Positions 1 through 13,205 of a stretch of 64,000 nt of DNA are shown one piece after another. The translations under genes were made by a program, and so were the position numbers. This DNA is from Camelus ferus. Taxonomy: Eukaryota. Under the pieces are notes generated by a model, which ran no database searches, was not told the origin of the DNA, and worked only from the letters and a program-made list of their open reading frames with translations. The stretch is taken from NCBI RefSeq assembly GCF_009834535.1, contig NC_045697.1, positions 37,264,001 through 37,328,000 of the forward strand, given 5' to 3'. Every line of letters begins with the position of its first letter. Within the stretch, counting starts at the first letter, position 1.

Positions 1-829
1 ACAAAAAAAAAAACACTTCTTCCTCCTGCACCCAAGAATTTTATTACCCTTCCCCCTCTTTTGGGGGGGGGAAGTAATACTTCTGAATAGTTTTCTGAAA
101 GTTTCTTAACTTTTTACATGGAGAAACGTTGAGTAGAGGTAATATTATTACCTTATGGGCCTTTGATCAGAGTTTTTCCCCCAAAGAATGCCTTTTTGTT
201 GGAAAATACTGAATGAGAGAAAAGTATAGCCTTCCTCAAAGTGATCATTTTAGTATTATGCATCCATTGAGCCAGTCGGCTACCCATTTTCTTTCCAGAG
301 GGGAGAAAGAAAAGAAATTTTAAATATAATCACCACGTATCACAATATCACCAGCTTGTGAAATTATCTGAACAATAACTATTTTTAATCTGATTCATTA
401 GTGAAAATATTCACTCCACTAAAATATGAGCAGGAAATGCTCAAACACCTTTGTGGTTTCTGCAGTATCACCCTTCTCGCTCCCTGTTTCTATCTTTACA
501 TCTGGAGTCACTGAAGCCCTCCACAGGCCACTTCAACCTAGTTCAGTTTCTCAGCTACTTTGTAGAGTCACTCACCCTCATTCCAGTCCCAGTGTAGGCC
601 AGTGAGGCTGGGATGGACCTCATCCACGGGCTTACACTCCCAGGTGCCCATGAGTAGCAGAGCACCCCCAGCCTCCCTTTCCGGTGTGGGCCAGAGGCCT
701 GGCCTGCCTCCATTGCCCTCCAAGTCCCTGTTAGGACTGTAACCTCTATCTACTTGACGGGTTCTTACCAGTCTCCAAGGGTGAGCTCTCAAACATCTGG
801 TTTTCTTGCCTTCACACCATCTCTTATCC

Positions 830-1470
830 CTTCCTCTGATGCCATTCATTTAAATTTTGGTGAGCTACCCTCTGCCATGTTCATAGATCATGTGGTCTGG
901 GTAGATGTGACGTCTCAGCCCCAGCCCCAGCCCCAGCAGTTAACAAATAGCCCAAACCTGGCCAATTGGTGTATTTAATGCTTTGACCAGTTCACAGATG
1001 AGCAAATGACACAAGCTGGTCCAATGAAAATCAATCATGGGAGTTGGATTAAAATCATTGGATAGGAGAGGCCCTTTCCACTACACCATTTCTCAGCCAT
1101 GACTCTACTGACATATAGGTTATTCTTTGTTGTGGGGGGCTGTCCTAATCATTATAAAATGTTTAACAGCATCCCTGGATTGAACCTACTAGTTGCTAAT
1201 AGCAGCTTTCCCATCTCCGTTTGTGATCATCTAAAATGTCTCCCTCTCCAGGGGGAGAGGGGAACAAAACTTCCCACAGTTGAGAACCACTTCACTAGAA
1301 TGAAACTGTGAGATGTGTCCCTGAAAGTGCCGGGGGACTTTATAGGAAGAAAATCTGCCTGATGGTGATGCCAACATATAGGAAGGTAGAGCCAAGAGAA
1401 GACACAGACCAAGACCAAACGACATGCTTTATGCTTTTAAGTTTTTTGTGCCCCTGTGCATTAAGCTAGC
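830..1470. mobile_element. Old MaLR LTR fragment (MLT1K/J-like), split by MER20
   Basis: ccatg..catgtgg..., cccaaacctggccaat and gacacaagctggtccaatg resemble recalled MLT1K/J motifs; heavily diverged. Confidence 0.5.
1084..1292 (+). mobile_element. MER20 (hAT-Charlie MITE)
   Basis: ttctttgttgtggggggctgtcct...agcatccctgg...gttgagaaccact follows the MER20 consensus. Confidence 0.85.
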
Positions 1471-1487
1471 CCCACTCATTTTTGGGA

Positions 1488-3461
1488 CTGAGGATGGGAT
1501 AAAAATGTCTGCTCTCACCATTTCTATTCAACATTGTAGGTCCTCACCAAGGTCATCATGCAAGAACTACAAGTAAAAGACACAGAGATTGGAAAGAAAA
1601 ACTGTTTTTAATAAAGGACAATATAACCTTCTAGAAAGAAGATAGAAAATTCCAAGAAATCTATTTTCAAAAACCCTATTAGAACTAATACATAAGTTTA
1701 TAGTAACGTTGCAGGACAAAAATCAATGTACAGATTCCAATTGTATTTCTAGACACTAGCAATGAGTAATTATACATTGCAATTTAAAGCCAGTACTATT
1801 TAAAACAGCATTGAGAATATGAAATTCTCAGGGATTAATTTAACAAAATACATGTAAGACCTGGAACCTGAAAATTAAAGGGGAGATATAAGAGATTCAT
1901 AGTTAGAAGACTAAAATTTGTTCAAATGTCAAATCTCTCCAAGTTAGTCTATAGATTCAATTTATCATAATCAAAAGCCAACAGTCTTTTTAAATAGAAA
2001 TTGACAAGCTGATTCTAAAATTTATATGGAAATGCAAAAGACCTATAGTAGCCAAAAATTTTTTTATTAAAAAAAACCAAGTTTTTATACCACCTGATTC
2101 AATACCTGTTATAAAGCTACAGTAATAAAGACAGTGTCATATTAGCATAAATATAGATAAATAAATCAAAGGTATAGTATAGAGTGCTGAAATGGCTAAT
2201 TGATTTTTTTTTTCAAAACTGTCAAGAAAATTCAGGGGGAAAGGACAATCTTTTCAATAAATGCTACAAAAACTATTGGCTATCCATATGTTCCTCCTCC
2301 ACCAAAAAAAAAAAAAAAAAATGGGATCTCATTTATTATCTAACATCGTAAACAAAAATTAACTCAAAATGGTTCATAGATCTAGGTGTAAAACATAATA
2401 CTATAAAATTCTGGAAGGAAACATAGAGAAAGGCTTCGTGATCTGAGGTTAAGTGAACAATTTTTAAAACAAAATTCAAAAAGAAGAAAGTATAAAAGAA
2501 AAAATACTAAATTTGATTTCATTGAAGATGTCACTCTTTAAGAGACACCATTAATAAAAGGAATATATTTGCAAAAATATATCTGCTAAAAGACTTGTAT
2601 TTAGGATACATAAAAAAAGATTTCAACTCAACAAACAGAAGACAAGCTACCAAATAAAAAATTGGCGACAGATTTCAACAGATACTTTATCAAAAATATA
2701 TATATGGATGGTAAACAAATACATGAAAAGATGCTCAAAATCATTAACCATTAGAGAAATACAACTTAAAACCAAATGGTGTACCATAATATACCTACCT
2801 GAATGACTAAATTAAAAAAGACTGATAATACCAATTGTTGGCAAGGGTGCAGAGCAATTGTAACTCTCATTTATCATTGCTGACAATGAAAATAATACAG
2901 CCATGTTGAAAAAGAGGTTGGCAACTTCTTAAAAACTAGGTGATTTACCATATGACTTAGCAAGTCCCTTCCTACATATTTGCCCAAGAGAAATGAAAAC
3001 ATATGAAGACTTATGTGTGAATGTTCTTTTCAGTTTTATTAATAAGATCCCTGAACTGGAAATAATGCAAATGTTCATCAATACATGAATGAATAAACAA
3101 ATTATGGTATATCCATACAGTGGAATAGTAATTAGCAGTAAAAAGAAAAGAACTAATGATACATGGGCTATATTGCATGATGTTAAATTTACAAAGCACA
3201 AAGGACTATTATTCTATTTACATACTGTTCTAGAAAAAGCAAAATTCTGGTAATACAAAGCAAATCAGTGGTTCCCAGGGGTCAGTGTGTTGGGAAGTAG
3301 ATTGACCTCAAAGAGCCATGAAGCAGCATTTAGAGTAATGAAAATGTTCTGTATCTATTTTGGTGGTAGTTACATGACTGCCACATTCGTCAAAACTCAT
3401 TAAACTCTACCTCTAAAATAGATGTGTTGTATCATATGTAAATTTATCTCCATAAAGCTGC
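1488..3461 (+). mobile_element. Old L1 (L1MC/MD-like): decayed ORF2 3' part plus 3' UTR
   Basis: A-rich; ctattcaacattgta, gaaattgacaagctgattctaaaatttatatggaaatgcaaa, aaaagatgctcaaaatcattaaccattagagaaat; many stops and frameshifts. Confidence 0.9.
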
Positions 3462-3519
3462 CCTCAAAACTCAAAGCATCTACACCTATTTATATGGAAA
3501 TAAGAAGGATGCTGTGAAC

Positions 3520-3860
3520 TAGAGGTCAGCAAACTTTTTCTTTAATGGACCAGACAATAAGTATTTGAGGTTTTTGCATGCATATAGCCTCTGTTACAAC
3601 TACTCAGATCTGTCTTTGTAGCACAAAAGCAGGTACAGACAATAGGTAAATGAATGGGTGTGGCTGTGCTTTGACCAGACTTTAAGACACTGACATTTAC
3701 ATTTTACATCATTCCAACATGTCATGAAATATTATTCCTCCTCAGATTCCCACCCCTCCACCAACATTTAAAAATGTAAAATCCATTCTTAGCTAGCAGG
3801 CCACACAAAAACAGATGGGGGACCAGATTTGGCCCACAGCCTGTAGTTTGCCAACTCCTT
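3520..3860 (+). mobile_element. MER58B-like hAT MITE
   Basis: TIR-like ends gaggtcagcaaact / agtttgccaactcc; imperfect 8-bp TSD ctgtgaac (3512-3519) / ctataaac (3861-3868). Confidence 0.85.
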
Positions 3861-4239
3861 CTATAAACATATGTTAGTAAAACTACAACACTTATGACTA
3901 TATCAATGAGATGATGATGCAGGTGAAATTTCTAATATTCCATTCATGCTGACATGTTAGATATCAATGTTAGACTAAAAGAAACTCTATTTTTTTAAGT
4001 ATTCTTCAACAGTACATATTTGTTTACTTATCAATGTTACTTTTGGAGTAATGGGCTTAAAAAATCAAGATAGTCTATTAAACATGATCAACTTTCAAAA
4101 CTTAGGACATACATATAAATTCTCTTTTCTTTGTGAAAAAAACATTTAAATACTGTTAAATGATTTGCAAGAGCTTTAATAAATAGTCCAAACCCTACAC
4201 TTTCATCCCCCTTTGTCTTCTGTCTAATTCTTAAGGTGA

Positions 4240-4580
4240 TGACAGGGCCTTTGCACTTGCTATACCTTCTGTAATGTTCTTCTGCCACATGACATCACAT
4301 CCAGTAAGTCTCTACTCAAAAATCCTCTTATTACTAAAGCCTTCAATAGCAAACTGCTTTTTTAAAAAAATTCTACTTTCCTTTTTCCCACATAGCACTT
4401 ACTGCTATTTGTCACATTGTGTCCTGACTTGTTTATTCATTTATTTTCTGTATTTTCTCAGCAGAATAAGCTCTGTGAAGGTGGGGACTTTGCATTTGTC
4501 CATGCTGCCTAATCCCAGTGCTTAGAAGGATGTCTGGTGAATAGTTGGTGCACAATGTATGATTTGCTGAATGAATAATT
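4240..4580 (+). mobile_element. L2 3' fragment
   Basis: cagggcctttgcacttgct...cccagtgcttagaa...tttgctgaatgaat, typical L2 tail. Confidence 0.75.
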
Positions 4581-5544
4581 TGAGAATGCACAAGAGAGTA
4601 TGTCTTTTGTGGGAACAGCATCCGACAACTGCCATATAGCGAGCAAAAAGTTATGCTGAGAACCACTGGCCTGGGACCCCCAAGGATGGTGGGAGAACAT
4701 TGGCTCACACCAGCCAGATGGCCCTGCCAGCGAGGAAGATGAGCAAATCTCATGAGGGGAGTGTGGTGCAACAGAGCCCTGAGAACCCCCAACGGAAAGA
4801 TCTTTCCTTTCCTTTGGGAAATACATCTGGCAAGGTTTTGAGCAACCCTCATAATGGAGAACTTTTGGTTACCATGTCTTCTGCTGAAAAAGTAATGGCC
4901 ATTTATTTTCCTCTTCCTTTGCTTAGCTTAACTAAATTCCTTTCTAACATTTTCTTGTTGAAACGCTTGTAAACAAAAAGGGCGACTCTTTCGTAGGTGG
5001 GTACGTCCCAGGTTGCAGAGAGGAGGGCTGAGTGAGGAAGTGTGTTTGATTCCCAGAAGGCAAGTCAAGCCTTCTGAGTTACGAGTGCCCACAGCACAAG
5101 GGTTATAACACAGCGTATTTCTTCATAAAGCCCATTTCACTGTCTCAGAGCTGTGGTGTCAAATTGTAGAAATCTATGCCTTTGAAGTTCTTGACATATA
5201 ATGTTGACATTTTCAGGCTCTCGGTTCTGTGAGGAAAGATTAGAATGATGGTGGTGAACAGGAGTGACCTATAGAAAGACATTTCTAAAGTGGGAAAAAC
5301 ATTTTTTTAATGGAGAGAGAATTTTTCTTTTAAACTACGGGTTGACCATGAAGGAAAAAAAAAAAGAGAAAACAGATCAAAGAAACATACAAATGTGTTT
5401 TAATTTTCTTTACAAAATGTTATAGAAACTAACAAATACACACTTCGAGTAAATTTGTGTTTGAAACATCTTGTTCGAAGACTTGTTCTGACTCTTGGCC
5501 TTGAAAGAGACTATTAATAGGTTCTCTCTCTCTCTGCTACATAT

Positions 5545-5717
5545 GATATTTAATTGAATCTAAGACACTTCTTTGCATTTTTAACATTTCTGAAATCAGA
5601 GTATCTTATAATGCATGGTGTCTCTCAATTATATTTGTCAGCAATTTTTCTTTCTTTGTAGTACATAAAATAACATTGAATCTCACACTTGACATCATCT
5701 TAGATTCCGTGAAATTA
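5545..5717. mobile_element. MER104-like TcMar MITE
   Basis: Inverted ends tatttaattgaatctaagac / catcttagattccgtgaaat; internal ttaacatttctgaaatc. Confidence 0.7.
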
Positions 5718-6289
5718 GCTATACATGAAACTTTTTATTTTTATTTTTATTATGCTCCCCATCAGGGACCATTCCTCCCTCCCAAAGCCAGTCCCCTACC
5801 CCCTCAATTCCTTATGAAGCTTACAGTGAAGTCCAACACAAAAGAAAGACTTTATACTATTGATTCACTGGCTTCGTGACAATGGTTCTTTTGTGATTAT
5901 TAAGGCTCAATACTTCTAAATGGATAAGTTTTCTCTTATATTTTCAGAACCTACTTTCATAACTCACAGGAACAGTTATTATTAGCAAGCACCTCTTTAA
6001 CTCGAGTGGCTGTGAATCTCTCAGCCTTGATCTTTTTCCCTTCCTTGGTTTTCTTTCCTTTCTGTAGCCAGATTCCTTACCTACTGACCATTTAGGCAAT
6101 AAGTCTGGATTTAATCCAGGAATTGGTTTAGGAAATTATATAATATTTATGTCACATTTTACACATGTCCGGCAACAACTTATCCTGCAAGGAGTATGAG
6201 CATCACTTAAACGTTAAGAGTGGTGGTGGGCCAATGCTGGGGGCATCTTGCTTCAGGATCAGGTCGCCAGAGCTCAGGTCAGACTTCAT

Positions 6290-6480
6290 GGGAAAAGCAT
6301 GGACTCTGGAACCAGAGACCTGAGTTTGAATCCTGCCTCTGCCACTTGCTAATTGTATGAACTTATAGGCAAAATTGGAACCATCATATCTACCCTATAA
6401 GATTATTGTAAACACTGAATGTGTGGAAAGTGTTTGACTGTATGTAGGAGGGGCTTGAGAAATGGTGGTTAATAGCATGG
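6290..6480 (+). mobile_element. MIR
   Basis: agcatggactctggaaccagagacctgagtttgaatcctgcctctgccacttgct. Confidence 0.8.
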
Positions 6481-6795
6481 TCACCATCTCATATCAGAGA
6501 GGCTGAGCCCAGGAGAAGTCTGGGGAGTTGCTGCACCCTTTAGCCTCCTCCAATACTTTTGTTCATTCATTTCAGATCTCAGTGCTCTGATATTTACACT
6601 TTTGCCCTGTCACATTCTAGACTCATACAAGCTTAGAGTTGCTCTCAGCTTCTCACGTGTTATCACCTATTTACGTTTATCTGTTATTACCTGTTTACAT
6701 TTCAAAATAAATTTAAAATGAGCCAGACAGGCCTGGGTTGGAATTCTGGCTCTTCTGCTCACTGTCTGTGTCACTCAGGCCATGTGCTTAACCTG

Positions 6796-6869
6796 TGTGT
6801 TAATCAGGGTTCTCCAGAAAAGCAAGACCAATCGGATATAAGTGTGTACATACACACAAACACATATGT

Positions 6870-6906
<37 letters not shown>

Positions 6907-7340
6907 GAATTGGCTCATGTGATTATGGAGACTGACAAGTCCCAAGATCTACAGGGTAGGTCAGAAGTGCAGCCCCAGGAAAGCTGATGGTATAGATCTA
7001 GTCCAAAAGCCAGCAGGCTCAAACCCCAGAAAGAGTGGAGTTCAGGTCAAGTCTGAAGGCAGGAAAAAGCCTGGGTCACAGTTCAAAGACAGTCAGGCTA
7101 AAAGAATTCTCTTTTACTCATGGAAGGGTCAGCCCTTTCGCTCTATTCAGGCAGTCACCTGATTGGACGAGGCCCACTCCCACCCGCAACCAGGAGAGCT
7201 ATCTTGCTTTACTCAGTTGACTGATTTACATGTTAATCTCATTCAGACAACCTCATAGAAACAGCCAGAATTATGTTTGACCAAGTATATGGGACCCCAC
7301 CTTGGCCCAGTGACGTTGACATGTAAAATTACCCATCACA
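6796..7340 (-). mobile_element. MLT2 (ERVL) solo LTR with internal (CA)n
   Basis: Ends tgtgttaatcagggttctccaga / gttgacatgtaaaattacccatcaca; 5-bp TSD acctg / atctg. Confidence 0.9.
6842..6903. repeat. (CA)n microsatellite
   Basis: Direct observation. Confidence 0.95.
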
Positions 7341-8631
7341 ATCTGTCTGAGTCTCACCGTCTTTTTGTAAAAAGGAGATAATAATCCTATGACATGATGG
7401 CATTGCTATCGGGAGCAAACGAGACCATATATTCAAGGTCCCTGGTATTCAGTAGAGGCCAGTGGTCCCCTCTCATTGTCCTTTCATATTCAATATTTCA
7501 GGCATTTGTGAACAGGTCAAGGAGGGCTGTCTTGGTCTTACATCTTTTCCTTTGCCCCTGAAAACCTGTTTGACTCATAATCTATCCCAGCTCAACTCAA
7601 TCCCCTACATAAAAATGTCAATAGGTAATCTCCACAATCAAAGCAATCCTCTGTCAACTTCTTTGTGCCGTCTAAATATCACCCGGCAAGGAGAACAGAC
7701 CAAATTTCACGCTTGGGGAAGAGTCCTGTCCCATAACCCAGTGTATCTCTGTCCATCACAGGCTGTTTCCTTCCTGTTTGGGTGTTCCTTTGTGATGCAA
7801 AGCGAATCCACCAACCCAAGCAGCCAAACTTTTTCCAGCCTGGAATGGAGTGTGAGCAGTGCCACTGCTCTGTCTGGCCGCTGCCGCTCTTGCAATGCAG
7901 ATTGCTCAGGTAGGAAGCGGACAAGCTGGGCATTTCACTTGCTTGGTGCCTGGTGAGGACACTCATATATCACTTCAACATCACCCTGCGCTTTCTTCCT
8001 CAATATTCCACTTGGGCCTCTGTTTACATGATTACCGCATCTTCCTTCCAAACTACACCCTAACTTCGATTCTATTTCTTTCCACTATTACAATTTCCAG
8101 ATTATAGTGATTTCTTTCCAGTGCACTTAATCTTAAGTAAATCAATGTAGTGATGCTATTTTCCATCAATTTAATCTTAAGTGAACTGAACCTTGTTTTC
8201 ATTTGAGATGGGGAAGCTGTTACGTAAGGCCACACAGAGGACAAGGATGACTACAGTATGCTGGTCTGTGTTATCCTCAACCCAACAATATCTTCCCACT
8301 TTGACCTTGCTGGAGTCACTTTAGATCTAATCCCTGGTATTCACCTCACTTTGAGGCTCACTCACTTCACCAAAACCAAAAGCAAAGGAGAGATGGGTAA
8401 CTTCATATATGCCTTTTCTGAGAAATCTTAAAATAACTAAAATCCATGGAAGAAAATATCTTTCTTCTTGTTTCAGTGCAATGTAATTACAGATCTTGAA
8501 TTTAAATCTGAGTCGTCCTGTCTCAAATAAATATTTAACCCAATTGTATAGATTTGTACCCTTTGGGTCCTTTTTGAAAAATATGACATATCTAGCCAGC
8601 CAAGGTTACCAAGTGTTGTCAGAAAGACAGC

Positions 8632-8903
8632 TTGGTAAACAATCTTATGGTTACCGGGGAAAGGGGGTGGGAGGGGATAAAATTTGGGAGTTTGAGATTT
8701 ACAAATATTAACCACTATATATAAAACTAGATTTTTTAAAAAGTTTCTTTTGTATAGCACAGGAAACTATGCTCAATACCTTGTAATAACCTTTAATGGA
8801 AAAAATATGAAAATGAATATACATGTATGTACATGCATGACTGGGACATTGTGCCGTACACCAGAGACTGACACATTGTAATTGACTGTACGTCAATTAA
8901 AAA
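8632..8903 (+). mobile_element. Young lineage-specific L1 3' end (camelid/cetartiodactyl type), 5'-truncated
   Basis: ttatggttaccggggaaagggggtgggag...tgactgggacattgtgccgtacaccagag...tcaattaaaaa; imperfect TSD agaaag(a)cagctt. Confidence 0.85.
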
Positions 8904-9999
8904 GAAAGCAGCTTATAATGAGAAAGTCTGGACTTTCAGAAGACTACTGGTATACAACTTCCTGCCCTCCTGATACTTAAAACATTACATAAAGGCTGAA
9001 GATAATTTCAGTTGAAAATCCAAACAAAAGTATTCTCTTGGAAATGAGTCATCCTTTGACTGAATTAAATGGCCTCACACCCACAGCCAGCGTTCTCTGC
9101 CTTTGGTGGAATCCCAGGCCACACGTGGGGTGCTTGGCCCCAGGTTTCCGGCCTCGTGACTAGAACGAGGTGTTGGCAGAGTAGGGGGTAGTGGTCAGCG
9201 GAGTTGGCCACACCACGTCTTTCTCCCCTCGCTACCCTTTGAACAGGTGGTTCCCCTTAATGTCTTTGCTTTGCTCCCTGAAAGACTTGAACCCTCACTT
9301 GCACTCAGTTATTCATCTACTTCATTCCAAGGAAACGGGCCATCTGGTGTTTGTGTTGACAGTGCTTCTTTGCTGTTTCCAGATTGCACATAGGCTCAGA
9401 AAGTGAGCCTTACTATTAGAAGGTCAAGTGTTGCACCTCTGCTTAGCAACTACTAAATAAGGAAATGGGAGCCCAGGAGGAAAGCAGAATCTGGACCACA
9501 TGAAACACTGAGTAATGGACAGCGTGTGAAGGACACATCTGACACCACACGCAGGCACCCCTCTTGAGGATAACCTGGAGAGCGGCGTCCCCTCCCTGCT
9601 GGCATTCACCCTGCGAATAGATGCTCTATGAGAACTCTACCTGCCTAGGATTGACTCAACAGTCTTTTCATCTTATTCACATATACACAGCCCAAATGAT
9701 ACCAGGCACCCGCTATGCTGGGTCAAATGCCCCATCCCTAGATGCCCTAATCCAGAGCTGGCATTTCTTCCCAAAACACGAATCCCACACCTCTGCTTCT
9801 GGGGATATTTGCCAGCCTGGTTATTGCTTCTTTACTTTAACTGATCATTCAAAACTCACCACCATCCACTGCCTGCATTGTACTCAACAAAATTCACACA
9901 ACAGTTTCTAAAACTCTATCCCTGGTCTAATAGGGAAGAACATTGTGTATCAGAAAGATACATTAGGACATGTGACTTCTGGCCCAGATGGCTCCTGCT

Positions 10000-10260
10000 A
10001 GCTCATTCATTCATTCATTTGTTCATTCATCTGTCAAATGTTTTTTTGAGCGCCTGCTATGTGCCCGATATTGTTTCAGGTATGAGAATACAGTAGTGAA
10101 CCAAGTAATGATGTTCCAGGCTCTTGTGATGATTACAGTCACATTGGGAGTGGGGTGGGGCCGTCAAAAACAAATGCACAAAGAAACAAGGACATTTCAG
10201 ATTTTATCATGATTTCCACTACAAATAAAACCAGAGACTAATGTGGTTAAAAGGAATGGG
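10000..10260 (-). mobile_element. L2 3' fragment
   Basis: (cattcatt)n followed by ttgagcgcctgctatgtgcc. Confidence 0.75.
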
Positions 10261-10299
10261 AATTACTTTTTTCAATTTTTTTTTCTTTTTTTTAATGAA

Positions 10300-12270
10300 T
10301 ATTAGTAAAAAAAAATTTTTGTTCCCATTTGTATGTATATGTATGTCTGTGTAGTGATAGCACTTAAGATCTACTGTCTTAGTAAACTTCAACTATACAT
10401 TACAGTATCATTAACTATAGCCATCATGCTATAGATTTCCAGAACTTACTTATCTTATAACTGGAAGTTTGAATTCTTTGACCAATATCTCCCCATTTCT
10501 CCAAACCCCAGCCTCTGGCAGCTCCTGGTCCACTCTCTGGTTCTGAGTACAACTTTTTCAGATTCCACATGTAGGTGAGATTGTACAGTATTTGTCTTTC
10601 TGTGTCTGGCTTATGTCATTTGGCATAATGTCCTCAAGGTTCATCTGTGTTGTTGCAAAAGCCAGGATTTTCATCTTTTTTAAGGCTGAGTAATATTTCA
10701 TTATATGTATATACCACATTTTTCCTTGATTGATTTTATTTAGTTTTTTCATATTTTTAATTGAATGAAAGATTCTTTAAATTCTATAATGCTTTACAAT
10801 TTTAAGAAGTTTCACACACGATTTCATATAATCCTGTAATAACCCTTATATACCAGATTTTTTTATCTATTCAATCATTGATGGACATTTAGGTTGCTTC
10901 CATATCTCGGCTATTGTGAATATTGCTGCAATGAACATGGGAGTGCAGATATCTCTTCCATATACTGTTTTCATTTTTTTAATATATATCCAGATGTACA
11001 ATTGCTGGAAGATATGTTAGATCTATTTTAACTTTTTGAGGAAATGCCATACTTTTTTCCATAATGGCTGTACCAATTTACATTTCCATCAACACTGTAC
11101 AAAAATTCCCTTTTCTCCACACTCCTTGTAAACATTTTATCTCTTGTCTTTTTGGTAATAGCTATCCTAACAGGTGTGAAGTGATATCTCGTGGTTTTGA
11201 TTTGCATTTCCCTGATGATTATTTATATTGAGCATCTGTTGGTCATTTGTATGTCTTCTTTGGGAAACTGTAAATTCAGATCCTTTGCCTATTTTTTTTT
11301 TTTTTTTTTGCTAATGAGTTGTATGGGTTCCTGATATATTTTGGATATTAACTCCTTATCAGATATATGATTTGCAAATATTTTCTCCTATTTGGTAGGT
11401 TGCCCCTTTACTCTGTAGATTGTTTGTTTGCTGTACAGAAGCTTTTTAGCTTGATAGCTTGATGTAGTTATAGTCCCACTTAACTTTTGCTTTTGTTGCT
11501 TCTGCTTTCAGTGCCATATTAAAAAAAAAAAAAATCCTTAGTAAGACCAATGTCAAGGAGTTTATCCCCTCTGCTTTCTTCTAAGTGTTTTACTGTTTCA
11601 GGTCTTACAGTCAAATCTTTAATAAGTTTTCAGTTAAATTTTGTGAGTGATGTAAGATAAGGATTCAATTTCATTCTTTCACATGTGGATATCCAGTTTT
11701 CCTAACACATTTATTGAAGGGACTATCCTTTCTCCACTGCATATTCTTGTTGAAGATTAGTTGATCACATATGTGTGGCTTTATCCTGGGCTCTCTATTC
11801 TGTTCCATTGATCTGAGTCTGTTTTTGTTTCAGTTCCATACTGTTTGATATCTATAGCTTTACAATATAGTTGAAAATCAGGAAATGCAATGCCTCCAGC
11901 TTTATTCTTTCTCAAGATTGCTTGGCTATTTGGGGTCTTTTGTGGATCCCTAGTTTTGTTTTTTTTTTTAGTTCTGTGAAAAATGCTATTGGAATTTTTA
12001 TAGATATTACATTGAATCTGTATATTGTTTTGAGTAGTATGGACATTTTAACTATATTAATTATTCCAGTCATGAACACAGGATCTCTTCTCATTTATTT
12101 TTGTTTTCAATTTCTTTCATCAGTGTCTTCTAGTTTTCAGTATACAGACCTTTCACCTCCTTGGTGAAATTTATTCCTGAGTATTTTTTTCTTTTTGATG
12201 CTATTATAAATGGAATTGTTTTCTTAATTTATTTTTTGGAGGGCATATTTTTAGTGTATAGAAATGCAAA
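10300..12270 (-). mobile_element. L1MA8/9-like LINE-1: ORF2 C-terminal part plus 3' UTR
   Basis: ORF remnants translate as L1 ORF2p ([24 protein letters not shown] at 11912-12094; KMWYIHIMKYYSALKK at 10558-10752); L1MA-type 3' end near 10350. Confidence 0.92.
10724..10846 (-). other. TSD-flanked retro-insertion containing MIR-like sequence, inside L1MA
   Basis: 16-bp TSD tatataccaCattttt (10708-10723) / tatataccaGattttt (10847-10862). Confidence 0.75.
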
Positions 12271-12277
12271 TCCATGG

Positions 12278-12381
12278 CCATTGTCTTTATACATCACATC
12301 TTTATCCAATCATCTATTGATGGACATCTAGGTTGCTACCATGTCTTGACTATTGTAAATAGTGCTGCTATGAACATTGAG
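12278..12381 (-). mobile_element. Short L1 ORF2 3' fragment
   Basis: tttatccaatcatctattgatggacatctaggttgc...tgtaaatagtgctgctatgaacattg. Confidence 0.8.
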
Positions 12382-12979
12382 AGGCCTGTAGTTTTACCAG
12401 CAGGACTCAGTAATAGTCAAAAAAATCTGCAGCCAAACCAAGGTAAGCTGACCTACCTCCGGGGTCATGGATGTGTGTGTCTCCCAGCAGGTCCCTGGTG
12501 GGAGAAGGACTATTCCTAGCTAGTCAGACAGACAAACCAGTGTCCCTGGAACCTTAGGGTGTTGTTCCTTCTGTCCACCAGGCTCTTCGTGCACATACAT
12601 CTTCTTCCCCCTAGAACCTTCCTCTTCATCACTATTATGCTCCTTGCTGGTGGGTGACCTTGCTTCATCACTCAGTGACAGAGATACTTTCCAAGTTTAT
12701 TTCTTCTGCTCCCCCCCCCCTTCTTCCTTTCTTTTCCCTCCTTACTGACTATCCGACATCTGGTTTCTCTGCTATCTTCTGAAGTCACCAGTTACCTAGT
12801 GCTTTTTTCTCTGCATCTGAAAAGCCCATCCAGCACTTTGCACTCACATTTCTCCCTCTGCCTGGAGCATGCATTTACGTCATACTGCTAAGAAGCCATC
12901 TACACAAGACACGTTGCTTTTCAGGATAGACTTGACCCGTAATTCTAAATGTGCTGTGGTTTCCTGGCAATGATTAGTC

Positions 12980-13205
12980 ACTACCCTTTGCTGAGTGCTA
13001 AGGGCCAGAAACTCGTAAGCAATGTACACACATTAACTCGTTGAAACCTCACTTAGCCTATGAGGTGGGTACTCTTATCAGTCCCTTCTTGGCAGATGTG
13101 GAAAATAGACTCAAATAAATTAAGGAATTGGCCCAAGAGCACACAACTAGTAAGAGCCAGAGGTGGGGTTCAAACTTAGGGATTCAGACTACAGAAGCCC
13201 AGCTC
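12980..13205 (-). mobile_element. MIR
   Basis: cctatgaggtgggtact...cagatgtggaaaatagactca...cccaagagcacacaactagtaag. Confidence 0.8.

Larger units (their letters stand above)
6718..7450 (+). mobile_element. MIR interrupted by MLT2 LTR
   Basis: MIR 5' part (gagccagacaggcctgggttggaattctggctct) at 6718-6795 resumes at 7341 (tctgagtctc...tgtaaaaaggagataataat). Confidence 0.75.

Noticed and set aside
7462..7966. Overlapping ORFs of 164 and 95 aa in unique DNA
   Set aside because: No recognisable homology or coding-like composition
11912..12094. ORF with real protein similarity
   Set aside because: Decayed L1 ORF2p fragment, not a host gene
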